The notes: generated by a model from the letters alone, not told the origin. Counted from the stretch's first letter, positions 1 to 9,700 are shown. The stretch: DNA of 64,000 nt from Actinomycetota bacterium (GCA_029979265.1 JAPOHW010000013.1:8739-72738); one strand, 5' to 3'. Numbers and translations are program-made.

Positions 1-852
1 GCGAATGACCGGGTCGTGGCGGCGGCCGGCCCACCCGGCTCGTTCGAGCAGTCCCTCGAACGGAATGGGAAACCGGCCCGCCTTCGACCGCTCGGCGTGC
101 CTGGTCATCTGTCCCCTGCCGAGCGACACCCGTTCGTGGGCGAGGAGTGCGGTGGCGAGTCGCCAGCCGTGGTTCACCTCACCGACGACCCACTCGGCCG
201 GGCACCGAGCCTCGTCCATGAACACTTCGTTGAATTCGGCGATGCCCGTCATCTGCACGAGCGGTCGGACCTCGACCCCGGGCTGGTGCATCGGGAGGAC
301 GAACATCGTGATGCCGGCATGTTTCGGTGAGTCGGGATCGGTGCGCGCGATGAGGATGCCGAGGTCGGAGTGCTGCGCCCCCGATGTCCACACCTTCTGA
401 CCGGTGATGACCCACTCGTCCCCATCGCGTTCGGCCTTGCACGTGAGCCCGGCCAGATCGGACCCGGCCCCTGGCTCGGAGTAGAGCTGGCACCATATCT
501 CGTCGCCCCGCAGCCCTGACGGCAACAGCCGTGCCTTCAGAGCCTCGCTGCCGTAGTCGAGGATCGTCGGCAGGGCCATGCCGATTCCGATTCCGAACGT
601 CGACTCCTCGGGGGGCTGCAGGGGGGCGGCGATCTGGCGGAACACGTCCTGATGGGCGATGCCGAGATTCCGTCCGCCATACTCGACCGGATAACCGATG
701 CCGGCCAGCCCGGCGTCGAAAAGTGCGGCACGGTAGGCGCGGGCCCGATCGATCTGACTGCCTCCGACGCTGTCGAGGAGCGCAGGAACACCGTCGAAGA
801 ACGCCTGAACCTCGGCTGCGAACTCGTCCAGCGTCGGTGTCACGGCAGCCAT
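1..852 (-). CDS. acyl-CoA dehydrogenase family protein (N-terminal part; C-terminus runs off the left window edge)
   Basis: Absent from the ORF track because it is open at the edge. Hand translation of the minus strand from the ATG (complement of 850-852) gives MAAVTPTLDEFAAEVQAFFDG...IWCQLYSEPGAGSDLAGLTCKAERDGDEWVITGQKVWTSGAQHSD...NHGWRLATALLAHER, with no stop down to base 1. The YSEPxAGSD and GxKxWxSG blocks are typical of ACADs. Confidence 0.8.
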   Translation of the reverse strand, partial: MAAVTPTLDEFAAEVQAFFDGVPALLDSVGGSQIDRARAYRAALFDAGLAGIGYPVEYGGRNLGIAHQDVFRQIAAPLQPPEESTFGIGIGMALPTILDYGSEALKARLLPSGLRGDEIWCQLYSEPGAGSDLAGLTCKAERDGDEWVITGQKVWTSGAQHSDLGILIARTDPDSPKHAGITMFVLPMHQPGVEVRPLVQMTGIAEFNEVFMDEARCPAEWVVGEVNHGWRLATALLAHERVSLGRGQMTRHAERSKAGRFPIPFEGLLERAGWAGRRHDPVIR

Positions 853-891
853 ACCGATCGAGATCGTAAGCTCTCGGTTGGTCTGAGGCGA

Positions 892-2646
892 ATGCCGCTC
901 CGGATCGTTGGGGGAATGGTCATGGGAACGAAATGGATCATCGAGGGCGAGATCGACCCGAAGTGGCAGCACAACACGCGCGGCAACATCGGCGAGGTCT
1001 TCCCGGAGGTTCTCACCGCGATCGGCTACCACCTGGGTGTCGTCGCCGCCGAACAGGCGTGGCGCAGCGCCTACGCCGACATCGGTATCCACAAGAAGGG
1101 GGACTTTGAACGCGAGGAGCCGGTGATCATCGGCTTGTACGCCGGGTATGCGTATCTGAACCTGTCGTACCTGCGAATGATGGGCGTGCGGGCGCCGGGT
1201 TCGTCGGCCGAGGCGATCGACGTCGCCTTCTTCGGGGAAGGCAACCCGCCGCCGTACGTGCCCCGCAAAGGCGACAAGAGCATCGGGTCGTCACTGAAGA
1301 TCCTGCGTTCGGTGCTGAAGGCTCTGGGTGCCGACGAGCTGCCCGAGGTTGCGAAGGACAGCTACCGCGCGGTCGAGGAAGCCGATGCGAACAAACCGTC
1401 GCTCGACGCGTCCGACGAAGAACTGCTCGCCTATCTCCACGACTTCCCGACCGGGTTCCGGCGGGTTTTCGGCAACCACATGATCACCACCGCCCTTGCT
1501 GCGATCGTGTCGGGCATCCTCGCCGATGCCGCTGCCGCTGCTGGAGAGCCGGGGCTTGTCACCCACCTGGTTGGCGCATCGGGCGACGTGCATTCGGCCC
1601 AGTACTCCCAGGCGTTGTACGAGATCTCCAAGACCGTCCGCCAAACGCCTGAGCTGATGACTGCCTTCGACGAAGGGATCACCGGGCTGCTCGATCGGAT
1701 CGCCGACGTCGACGCTGCAGCCGACTTCCGAGAGCAGTTCGCCGCCTTCGTCGCCGAACACGGCCACCGAGGTCCGAACGACTGGGAGTTCTCGGCCCGT
1801 ACGTGGGACAGCGATCCCGAGTTGGCGCTCGCTGCGCTCGATGCGATGCGCAAGACCGACCAAGACCTCTCGCCGTCGACTCGTCTCGGAGATGACGACG
1901 CCAAGCGGCAAGCAGCGATCGCCACCGTTCGGCCCCACGTTGGGTTCTTGGACAAGTCGAACTTCGACAAGGCGATCAAGGCGGTGCCGTACTGGTCACA
2001 GGCACGCGAGGGCACTCGCGACCGGGCGATCCGCTACATGCTGCCGTACAAGCAGGTCTTTCGGGAGCTGGTGCGCCGAGCGGCAGAACGAGGCGGGGAT
2101 CCCGATCCTGTTCACGTGGGACTGCTTCACCCGTTCGACGAACTGCCCGGCTACGTCGCCGATCCCGGGTCGATGGCCGACGTCATCGCCGAGCGTGCAG
2201 CCCTGTTCGACCGCTATCGCGAGGTCGAGCCTCCGTTCTTCCTCTCGTCGCAGGACGAGGTGCCGACGCTCGAGGAAATGGAGGAGGCCGGTGACGAGAT
2301 CATCGAACCGGCCAAGGTCGGTGATGTGCTCACCGGCGATGCCGGTGCGAGCGGCGTCGCCCGGGGCCGGGCCCGAGTCGTGCTCGACCCGGCCGACGGG
2401 TCGATGCTCGAACCGGGCGAGGTGTTGGTGGCCCCGTTGACCGACCCGGCATGGACGCCTCTGTTTCTCCCCGCCGCCGCCGTCGTGGTGAACGTTGGGG
2501 CGTTGATGTCGCATGCCGTGATCGTCGCTCGTGAACTCGGTATCCCTGCCGCGATCGCCGTCGAGGGTGCAACACAGAAAATTCGTGATGGTGACCTGAT
2601 CGAAGTCGACGGCACCGCCGGGACGGTCACGATCCTCGAGGACTGA
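892..2646 (+). CDS. PEP-utilising-enzyme family protein: large N-terminal domain plus C-terminal phosphohistidine swivel domain, no recognisable ATP-grasp
   Basis: ORF 652..2646 trimmed to the first ATG past the divergent ACAD start; ATGs at 916 and 922 are equally possible. The C-terminus GVARGRARVV...GEVLVAPLTDPAWTPLF...VGALMSHAVIVARELGIPA is the PEP-utilisers mobile-domain signature with its catalytic His. The central EHGHRGPNDWE block resembles PEP-synthase/rifampicin-phosphotransferase-like proteins (from memory). Confidence 0.75.
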   Translation: MPLRIVGGMVMGTKWIIEGEIDPKWQHNTRGNIGEVFPEVLTAIGYHLGVVAAEQAWRSAYADIGIHKKGDFEREEPVIIGLYAGYAYLNLSYLRMMGVRAPGSSAEAIDVAFFGEGNPPPYVPRKGDKSIGSSLKILRSVLKALGADELPEVAKDSYRAVEEADANKPSLDASDEELLAYLHDFPTGFRRVFGNHMITTALAAIVSGILADAAAAAGEPGLVTHLVGASGDVHSAQYSQALYEISKTVRQTPELMTAFDEGITGLLDRIADVDAAADFREQFAAFVAEHGHRGPNDWEFSARTWDSDPELALAALDAMRKTDQDLSPSTRLGDDDAKRQAAIATVRPHVGFLDKSNFDKAIKAVPYWSQAREGTRDRAIRYMLPYKQVFRELVRRAAERGGDPDPVHVGLLHPFDELPGYVADPGSMADVIAERAALFDRYREVEPPFFLSSQDEVPTLEEMEEAGDEIIEPAKVGDVLTGDAGASGVARGRARVVLDPADGSMLEPGEVLVAPLTDPAWTPLFLPAAAVVVNVGALMSHAVIVARELGIPAAIAVEGATQKIRDGDLIEVDGTAGTVTILED

Positions 2647-2654
2647 GCGGCGGT

Positions 2655-3749
2655 TCAGTCGAAGACGATCACGCTGCGGGCGGCGACCCCGGTCTGCATC
2701 CGCTCGTAGCCGGCGTTCACACCGTCGAGGCCGATGTGCTCATCGACGAGTTCGTCGAGTTTCAAGCGTCCTTGGAGGTACAGGTTCGCCAGCATCGGAA
2801 TGTCGGTGGGGAAGTGGTTCGAACCCATGAAGACGCCCTGGACGCCTCGCCCGGTCAGCACCATCTGTCCGGCTGGAATGCCGACCGGCCTACCGACCGG
2901 TGCAACGCCGACCATGTAGGCCGTCTGCCCGACGCGGAGCATGCCGATCGCCTGCTGGATGGTCGATTCGAGACCGATCGCCTCGAACGTGTAGTCGGCG
3001 CCTCCCTGCGTGAGCTCGACGACGGTGCCGATCGCATCGACCTCGGCACCGTTGACGACATCGGTAGCCCCGAACGTCCGGGCCAGTTCGAGCTTCTCCG
3101 GGTGGAGGTCGACGGCGATCACCCGTTCTGCCCCGGCAAGCACTGCACCCTGAATGATGTTGCAGCCGATTCCGCCTGCACCGATGACCGCAACGGTCGA
3201 ACCGGCCTTGACCTTCGCAGCGTTGAACACCGACCCGACGCCCGTGATGACCGCGCAGCCGAGCAAGGCGGCCCGGTCGGCAGGGATGTCGGGCGACACC
3301 TTCACTGCGGCGCTGCGGTGGACGAGCATCATCTCCGCAAATCCACCGAGGCCGGCCATGGCGGTGACGGCGGCACCGTCGGCGTTGCGCACCAGTGACG
3401 GGTTGTTGGCCGGTCGCTGACGAAGCGAGTTGCGATTCACACACAGCCAGCTCCGACCGGCCCGGCACTCACGGCATGTGTCGCAGAAGGCGTTGAGACA
3501 GGTGACGACCCGGTCACCGGGCGCGAACTCGGTGACGGCGGTGCCCACCGCCTCGACGATTCCGCAGGCCTCGTGGCCCAACACCGACGGCACCGGTGAC
3601 GGAAGATCACCGAGCATCACATGAAGATCGCTGTGACACAGTCCGCATGCCTCGGTGCGGATCACGATCTCGTTCGGGCCGGGGTTGTCGACCATCAGGT
3701 CGTCGACGGTGACCTGACCGGGAATGGTCTCGAGTACGGCGGCCTTCAT
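2655..3749 (-). CDS. zinc-dependent alcohol dehydrogenase (MDR family)
   Basis: 364-aa ORF. Motifs: CGLCHSDLH, GHEACGIVEAVG, the structural-Zn Cys cluster CDTCRECRAGRSWLC, and the Rossmann loop GAGGIGCNIIQGA. Confidence 0.9.
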   Translation of the reverse strand: MKAAVLETIPGQVTVDDLMVDNPGPNEIVIRTEACGLCHSDLHVMLGDLPSPVPSVLGHEACGIVEAVGTAVTEFAPGDRVVTCLNAFCDTCRECRAGRSWLCVNRNSLRQRPANNPSLVRNADGAAVTAMAGLGGFAEMMLVHRSAAVKVSPDIPADRAALLGCAVITGVGSVFNAAKVKAGSTVAVIGAGGIGCNIIQGAVLAGAERVIAVDLHPEKLELARTFGATDVVNGAEVDAIGTVVELTQGGADYTFEAIGLESTIQQAIGMLRVGQTAYMVGVAPVGRPVGIPAGQMVLTGRGVQGVFMGSNHFPTDIPMLANLYLQGRLKLDELVDEHIGLDGVNAGYERMQTGVAARSVIVFD

Positions 3750-3809
3750 CGTGGCTCCCTCACTGTCTACGGTGGGGCGAGGCTATGTCACGGCCGGGGG
3801 GAGCTTCGA

Positions 3810-4622
3810 ATGGATCTGCAAGGGAAAACCGTCGTCATCACCGGCGGGTCGCAAGGCATCGGTGAACACATGGCGGTCGGCTTTGCCGCAAAGGGAGCCA
3901 GTGTTCTCGTCGTCGCTCGCGGTGAAGACAAGCTCCGAGCCGTGGCAGAACGGATCGGCGGTGACCATCTCGTGGCCGATTTGAGTTCCGCCTCCCACGT
4001 CGACGGCCTCGTCGACGCCTGCCTGGAGCGGCTCGGCCACATCGACGTGTGGGTCAACAACGCCGGGCTCGAGACGAGCGATGCTTTTGCCGACACCGAC
4101 AGAGATGTTGTTCGGGCCGTGAATCGGCTCAACCTGGAGGCGCCGATGTTGCTGACCCGCGACGTGCTCGACCACATGTTGCCTCGGCGGAGCGGACACA
4201 TCGTCCAGATCAGTTCCCAGGCCGGGGTGGTGCCGTTCCCCGGCTTCACTGCGTACTGCGGTACGAAGGCCGGGCTCACCAACTTCACCGAGTCGTTGCG
4301 CCTGGAACTGAAGGGCTGTGGAGTCGGCCTCACGGTGGTGGCGCCGGGGCCGGTGGCGACCGACATGTGGGATCGGGCCGACTACAAGGGTTCGTATTTG
4401 GAGCCGGCACTCAAACGCTTCCGGATCTTGCAGCAGCTGCCCATCATCCCGGTCGAGAAAATCGCAGCACAGGCGGTGGCGGCAGTCGAGGGTGACCGGC
4501 GCCATGTGCGGCTTCCCCGGCGGGCCGCCATCTATCACGCGCTCAATAACCTGCCCCGACGCATCGTCGAACTCGGCTTGATCGGGGTGAAGCTCCGTCG
4601 GCCGGCGGTGGGTCGGTCGTGA
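3810..4622 (+). CDS. short-chain dehydrogenase/reductase (SDR)
   Basis: ORF 3621..4622 trimmed to ATG 3810 (MDLQGKTVVITGGSQGIG...), because the upstream part overlaps the divergent ADH. Motifs TGxxxGIG, NNAG and YCGTKAG (YxxxK) are present. Confidence 0.85.
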   Translation: MDLQGKTVVITGGSQGIGEHMAVGFAAKGASVLVVARGEDKLRAVAERIGGDHLVADLSSASHVDGLVDACLERLGHIDVWVNNAGLETSDAFADTDRDVVRAVNRLNLEAPMLLTRDVLDHMLPRRSGHIVQISSQAGVVPFPGFTAYCGTKAGLTNFTESLRLELKGCGVGLTVVAPGPVATDMWDRADYKGSYLEPALKRFRILQQLPIIPVEKIAAQAVAAVEGDRRHVRLPRRAAIYHALNNLPRRIVELGLIGVKLRRPAVGRS

Positions 4623-6703
4623 CCGACATCGTCTGGATCACCGATCCGCTTCCCGCTGATCGAGCCGCTGCGCTCGACCTCCTCGGTGGCAAAGGGACCG
4701 GACTTGCCGAGATGGCGCAGCGGCTCGGGCTGCCGGTACCGCCTGCCTTCGTCGTCACGACCGAGGCGTGCCGTGCGTTCCTCGCCGATGGTTGGCCGGA
4801 CGGCCTGGAAGCGCGCGTGCGCGATGCCGTGGACGAACTCGGCCGTCGAAGCGGCCGACGGTTCGCCGCAACGTCTGCTCCGCTGCTCGTGTCGGTCCGC
4901 AGCGGCGCGCCGGTCTCCATGCCCGGGATGATGGACACGATCCTCAACGTCGGGGTGAATGCGGAGGTCGCCGACGCCTTGGCGACCGAGTCGGGGAACA
5001 TCGACTTCGCGACCGACACCCTGTGTCGGTTCCGCGAGCAGTACGAGGCGACCGTCGGGGTGCCGCCCCCCGACGATCCGTACGACCAGCTCATGGGTGC
5101 GATCGACGCCGTCTTTCGGTCGTGGAACGCCGATCGCGCTCGCCTGTTTCGCGAAGCCGAAGGGATCGCTGACGACCTGGGTACTGCTGTGGTCGTGCAG
5201 GCGATGGTCTTCGGAAACCTCGACGAGCACAGCGGAACCGGGGTGCTCTTCACCCGTGACCCCTCGTCAGGAGTCGATTGCGCCTACGGCGATTATCTGG
5301 CCCGGGCGCAGGGTGAGGATGTCGTGTCGGGCACTCGAGAGGTCCGCAGCATCGCTGCGCTTGCCGTCGACATGCCGTCAGTGCACAGGGAACTCCTCGC
5401 CATCGGTCAACGACTCGAACAGCACTACGCCGACATGTGCGACATCGAGTTCACTGTTGCATCGGGCGAACTGTTCATCCTGCAGACCCGGGTCGGTCGG
5501 CGCAGCCCAGAGGCCGCGGTTCGCATCGCGGTCGACATGGCGCAAGACGACGCCTTTCCGCTCACGAAGGAGGAAGCCGTGGGGCGCATCGACGCTGCGA
5601 CGCTCGGCGCCATCGCTGCACTCGGCGCAGTCAAGGAAGATGCTCGACCACTCGCCTCCGGTATCCCAGCTTCACCGGGGGTCGCAGTCGGTGTCTTGAG
5701 CACCGATCCCGACGAGGCCGCCGAATTGGCACGGGCCGGAACCGCAGTGGTGCTCGCCCGCGCTGCGACCTCGCCGGCCGACATCCACGGAATGATCGGG
5801 GCCGCAGGCCTGGTCACGTCGCTCGGAGGCGCGGTCAGTCACGCTGCCGTCGTCGCTCGCAGTTGGGGCATCCCGGCCGTGACCGGCGCTGCCGCGCTGC
5901 ACATGTCGCCGCACGGGGTCGAGGTCGATGGTCGTCTGATCGCGACCGGCACGGTGATCACGGTTGACGGCACCGATGGACGCATCTTCGAAGGTGATCA
6001 GGTTGCCGACGGCGAACATGACCTGCCCGAACTCGACCTGCTCCGCCAGTGGGCCCTCGACGCTGGTGTCGACGTCGGTGGCCCATCGGTCGGCAGGGCA
6101 GCGCCGGAGACCGAGTACCGCGACGTTGGTCGCTTCGACGTCTTCCGCGCGCTGTCTCTGAAAGGGATGGGCGGTCCCGATGTGGTCGCCCACGCCCTGC
6201 AGGCCGACCGAACCGCGGTCGATGCGATCGTGGAGGAGGCCGGCGATCTGCTCACCAGCAACTCGCTGGGTCTGATGCTCGGCCCGGAGGCCCGCCAGTG
6301 GCTCGACGCCGCATTGGCCGAGGAGCGGGCCGCCGTCGATGCCGGCCCGTTCGACGACATGTACGTGCGCTTCCTCGAGTTCAACCGGGACTTCAAGGTC
6401 CTCGTCACCGAGTGGCAGACCGGCCCCCAGGACGCCGCTGCCCTGGCCGCGACAACTGCGTCGTTGGACGCACTCGATGCTGCGTTTGCGCCGCTGGTCG
6501 CCGAGTCGGTCGCTGCGGTCCCCCGACTTGCGCCGTACGCCCCCCGCTTCGAGCAGGCACGCCTGGCATTCGCCGCCGGGGACGTCTCGATGCTGGCGTC
6601 ACCGTTGAAGGACAGCTACCACACGGTCTGGTTCGAGTATCACGAGGAGCTCATCCACCTCGGCGGACGCAATCGAGCCGACGAGGAAGCCGCCGGCCAC
6701 TAG
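4619..6703 (+). CDS. pyruvate,phosphate-dikinase-like protein: PPDK N-terminal ATP-grasp plus phospho-His swivel domain; the PEP/pyruvate TIM barrel is replaced by an unknown ~210-aa C-terminal domain
   Basis: GTG 4619 overlaps the SDR stop (GTGA). LLGGKGTGLAEMAQRLGLPVPPAFVVTTEAC...SVRSGAPVSMPGMMDTILNVG matches the PPDK nucleotide-binding domain. TSLGGAVSHAAVVARSWGIPAV is the swivel His motif. I could find no PEP-binding barrel motifs after about residue 480. Confidence 0.75.
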   Translation: MTDIVWITDPLPADRAAALDLLGGKGTGLAEMAQRLGLPVPPAFVVTTEACRAFLADGWPDGLEARVRDAVDELGRRSGRRFAATSAPLLVSVRSGAPVSMPGMMDTILNVGVNAEVADALATESGNIDFATDTLCRFREQYEATVGVPPPDDPYDQLMGAIDAVFRSWNADRARLFREAEGIADDLGTAVVVQAMVFGNLDEHSGTGVLFTRDPSSGVDCAYGDYLARAQGEDVVSGTREVRSIAALAVDMPSVHRELLAIGQRLEQHYADMCDIEFTVASGELFILQTRVGRRSPEAAVRIAVDMAQDDAFPLTKEEAVGRIDAATLGAIAALGAVKEDARPLASGIPASPGVAVGVLSTDPDEAAELARAGTAVVLARAATSPADIHGMIGAAGLVTSLGGAVSHAAVVARSWGIPAVTGAAALHMSPHGVEVDGRLIATGTVITVDGTDGRIFEGDQVADGEHDLPELDLLRQWALDAGVDVGGPSVGRAAPETEYRDVGRFDVFRALSLKGMGGPDVVAHALQADRTAVDAIVEEAGDLLTSNSLGLMLGPEARQWLDAALAEERAAVDAGPFDDMYVRFLEFNRDFKVLVTEWQTGPQDAAALAATTASLDALDAAFAPLVAESVAAVPRLAPYAPRFEQARLAFAAGDVSMLASPLKDSYHTVWFEYHEELIHLGGRNRADEEAAGH

Positions 6704-7917
6704 CGGTTGAGCAGGACGGGCAGGGTGCGGGGTCCTCGCACCTGACCATTGGCCCAGAGGGTTCTTTTGGTCGGGTCGAGCGAGTAGTTCGGAAAGGCCT
6801 TGATCCACTCCTGCAGACCGACCAGCAACTCGAGCCGGGCGAGGTTCGACCCGACACACCGATGGATGCCCATACCGAATGCGACGTGCCGGTTTCGAAG
6901 GCGGTCGATGCGGAACTCCTCGGGATGCTCGAAGGCATCGGGATCGTGGTTCGCTGCGGGAAAATTGATGAGGGTCTGCTCGCCGGCCCGCATCGGGCAG
7001 CCGGCCACCTCGACGTCTTTCACAACCTGTCGGGCCATCGAGACCGGTGCGTAGTAGCGCAGTACTTCCTCGGTGGCGGTCTGCCACAGGAGGCTGTCGT
7101 TTGGCGCATCGACGAGCTGGGCGGCCTCCTCGGGATGCTGGGCAAAGTGCCAAAGTCCCGAACCGAGCGCACTCCAGGTGGTGTCGATCCCGGCGATGAT
7201 CAGCAACGCGACATACCCGGTTTTGAGGTCCCAGGGGATCGCTTCACCATCGATCTCTGCGTTGGCGATCATCGTGAGCATGTCGTCGCGCGGGTTCTCG
7301 AGTCGGTCACGGAGCAAGGCGTCGAGATGGGTGGACATCTCCGCATTGACCTTGATCCGTTCCTCCGGTCGCTTCGGCGCGATCTGGAAGTTGCGATAGA
7401 TCCAGTCGAGGTAGATGTCGGCATCGGACTCGGGGGCACCGGTCAGCACACAGATGCCATGGACAGGGATCTTCTGGGTGTAAACGTCGGCCGCATCGAC
7501 CGCATCGAGCCCGTCGAGGCCGGCGATCAAGTGCCGGGCGTACCGACGCAGTTCGTCTTCGAGTCCTGTGATGTTCTTGGGACTGAACGACTGCAGCAGC
7601 ACCTTGCGATGGCCGAGATGGTCGGGTGGGTCCGACGTGATGGGCGGGGCGGGGAATGCCGTCGCTCCTGGCATCGAGATGTTTACCCGCCAGGACGAGA
7701 AGTGCTCGGTGTCGTGTGCGATCGCTTTCGCCGCCTCCATCGTGACCGGCATGAAGGACCGTCCGTACCGCTCGGTACTGGCAACCGGACACTGCAGCCG
7801 GACCTCGTTGAAGATGTCGATCGCGTGCTCGCCCCACTGATCGTCGAGCCAGTCCCAGTCGTTCACCCAGTCGGACACGGGTTCGACGACAGGCTTGTCC
7901 TCAGGGGTGGAGGCCAT
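6700..7917 (-). CDS. cytochrome P450
   Basis: 405-aa ORF. Heme-thiolate loop FGMGIHRCVGSNLA, I-helix IIAGIDTTWS and an ExxR-type region are present. Its stop shares the tetranucleotide CTAG (6700-6703) with the convergent PPDK-like gene. Confidence 0.9.
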   Translation of the reverse strand: MASTPEDKPVVEPVSDWVNDWDWLDDQWGEHAIDIFNEVRLQCPVASTERYGRSFMPVTMEAAKAIAHDTEHFSSWRVNISMPGATAFPAPPITSDPPDHLGHRKVLLQSFSPKNITGLEDELRRYARHLIAGLDGLDAVDAADVYTQKIPVHGICVLTGAPESDADIYLDWIYRNFQIAPKRPEERIKVNAEMSTHLDALLRDRLENPRDDMLTMIANAEIDGEAIPWDLKTGYVALLIIAGIDTTWSALGSGLWHFAQHPEEAAQLVDAPNDSLLWQTATEEVLRYYAPVSMARQVVKDVEVAGCPMRAGEQTLINFPAANHDPDAFEHPEEFRIDRLRNRHVAFGMGIHRCVGSNLARLELLVGLQEWIKAFPNYSLDPTKRTLWANGQVRGPRTLPVLLNR

Positions 7918-8038
7918 GGGGCGATGGTAGGACGGAATGTGGTCGCGATACCTAACGCATCGATCACCCGCCGACGAATCGGCACCGGTCTTGACACGGA
8001 ATTTCGCCCGGGGTGCCTATCGTTCATTCGGAAACATC

Positions 8039-8896
8039 ATGATCAACACGGCAAAAACCTTCACACTCCTCGCCGCCCTCGGCGGCCTCGTCATCGTCGC
8101 CGGTGGTGCCCTCGGCGGTTCCGGCGGCCTCACGATCGGCTTGATCATCGGGTTCGTCATGGTCGGCGGCTCGTACTGGTTCAGCGACAAGCTCGCCATC
8201 AAGTCGGCTCGGGCGGTGCCGGTCACACGCGAACAGATGCCGCAGTACTACGAGATCATGGAAGATCTCACCGCCCGGGCGAAGATGCCGATGCCGAAGC
8301 TGTACGTCACGCCGAGCCAGCAGCCCAACGCGTTCGCCACCGGCCGTAACCCCGATAATGCCGCGGTTGCGGTCACCCACGGGTTGCTCGAGGCCATGAC
8401 CTGGGAGCAGGTTCGGGGTGTGCTTGCCCACGAACTCGCCCACATTCGCAACCGTGACATCCTCATCGGCTCCGTGGCCGCCGCCATCGGCATGGGCATC
8501 ACGTTCGCCGCTCGCATGGTGATGTGGGGTGCCATGTTCGGTGGAGGCAGAGGCGACGATCGCAACCCGATCGGTGAGCTGGCCTTCGCCATCCTCGCCC
8601 CGGTCGCCGCCATGCTGATCCAGGCCGCCGTCAGCCGCAGCCGAGAGTTCCAAGCCGACGAGTCGGCCGCAAAACTGCTCGGCACTGGCGAGCCGCTCGC
8701 CGAGGCGCTCGAGCGACTGGAGGCGTATGCAAACCGGATACCCGCAGCGGTCGATCCCAATCAGGCGAGCAACTACATCATCGATCCGCTCAAGGCACAG
8801 GCCCGCGGTGGCCAGGCCGGTGGTCTCGGCAAGATGTTCAGCACCCACCCGCCGACCGAGCAGCGCATCGCTCGCCTCCGCAGCCTCGACCTCTGA
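8039..8896 (+). CDS. htpX: M48-family zinc metalloprotease HtpX
   Basis: ORF 7937..8896 trimmed to ATG 8039 ([16 protein letters not shown]...). It has N-terminal TM helices, the [10 protein letters not shown] (HExxH) motif and a C-terminal [14 protein letters not shown]. Confidence 0.85.
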   Translation: MINTAKTFTLLAALGGLVIVAGGALGGSGGLTIGLIIGFVMVGGSYWFSDKLAIKSARAVPVTREQMPQYYEIMEDLTARAKMPMPKLYVTPSQQPNAFATGRNPDNAAVAVTHGLLEAMTWEQVRGVLAHELAHIRNRDILIGSVAAAIGMGITFAARMVMWGAMFGGGRGDDRNPIGELAFAILAPVAAMLIQAAVSRSREFQADESAAKLLGTGEPLAEALERLEAYANRIPAAVDPNQASNYIIDPLKAQARGGQAGGLGKMFSTHPPTEQRIARLRSLDL

Positions 8897-8949
8897 CCCG
8901 CTCCTGCCCGTCCGGCGCCTCGACGGAGCCGGCCCAGGTGGGTTCGAGA

Positions 8950-9438
8950 TCAGTCCCTGAAGTTCGTGAATTGCAGAGGGATACCGAAGTCTGCGTCCTT
9001 CATCGCAGAAATTGCCGACTGCAGGTCGTCGCGTTTCTTGCCACTGACCCGGAGCTGCTCGCCCTGCGTCGACGACTGCACGCCCTTGAGGCCCAACCCC
9101 TTGATGAACTTGTTGAGTTCGCGTGCTTTGTCGGCAGAGATCCCCGCTTGAAGCGCGGCCGACTGGCGAACTGCGCCACCCGAGGCCGGCTCGACGGTGC
9201 CGTAGTCGAGGACCTTCATCGAGATCTTGCGCTTGGCGAACTTCTCCTCGAGCACCTGCCGCAGCGCGGCCAGACGGTCTTCGGTGGCAGACCCCATCTT
9301 GATCTCGCCGTCACCGAGCTCGACCGAGCTGTCGGTGCCCTTGAAGTCGAAGCGCTGTGAGACTTCGCGGGCGGCCTGATCGACGGCATTGCGCACCTCT
9401 TGCATGTCCACTTCTGAAACTACGTCGAATGTCGGCAT
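8950..9438 (-). CDS. yajQ: YajQ-family (UPF0234) nucleotide-binding protein
   Basis: ORF 8950..9555 trimmed to ATG at 9438 (MPTFDVVSEVDMQEVRNAVDQAAREVSQRFDFKG...LQFTNFRD). The 162-aa length and the N- and C-terminal blocks are typical of YajQ. Confidence 0.85.
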   Translation of the reverse strand: MPTFDVVSEVDMQEVRNAVDQAAREVSQRFDFKGTDSSVELGDGEIKMGSATEDRLAALRQVLEEKFAKRKISMKVLDYGTVEPASGGAVRQSAALQAGISADKARELNKFIKGLGLKGVQSSTQGEQLRVSGKKRDDLQSAISAMKDADFGIPLQFTNFRD

Positions 9439-9555
9439 GGCTGTGACCGTACATCGTGAGCGACATCGGCTGCGCAGCCGCGCCCTCACCGGGGCACCGA
9501 GGCTGCGTCGGAGGTCGCAGACATGACGGAGACCGCTAGTCTTGCTGCCGGTCAA

Positions 9556-9640
9556 GGGTCGGTGCCCGAGCGGCCAAAGGGAACGGGCTGTAAACCCGTC
9601 GGCTTCGCCTACGAAGGTTCGAATCCTTCCCGGCCCACCA
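9556..9640 (+). tRNA. tRNA-Tyr (anticodon GTA), CCA encoded
   Basis: Hand-folded cloverleaf. Acceptor GGGTCGG/CCGGCCC, anticodon arm ACGGG-CTGTAAA-CCCGT, long variable arm (CGGCTTCGCCTACG), T-arm GAAGG-TTCGAAT-CCTTC, then A-CCA. Confidence 0.9.
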
Positions 9641-9644
9641 CGAG

Positions 9645-9683
9645 AGAACCCGGTGCCTCGGCACCGGGTTCTTCACTTGTTGT
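9645..9683 (+). terminator. intrinsic terminator-like hairpin after tRNA-Tyr
   Basis: Perfect 12-bp stem AGAACCCGGTGC / GCACCGGGTTCT with a CTCG loop, followed by the T-rich TCACTTGTTGT. Confidence 0.55.
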
Positions 9684-9700
9684 GGCGTGGATCGACAAGA

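Noticed and set aside
6049-8349. A 766-aa + strand ORF running across the P450 and into htpX.
   Set aside because: The sequence is Arg/Pro/Gly-rich nonsense. It overlaps a minus-strand P450 with a clear heme loop, and is out of frame with the clear HtpX gene.
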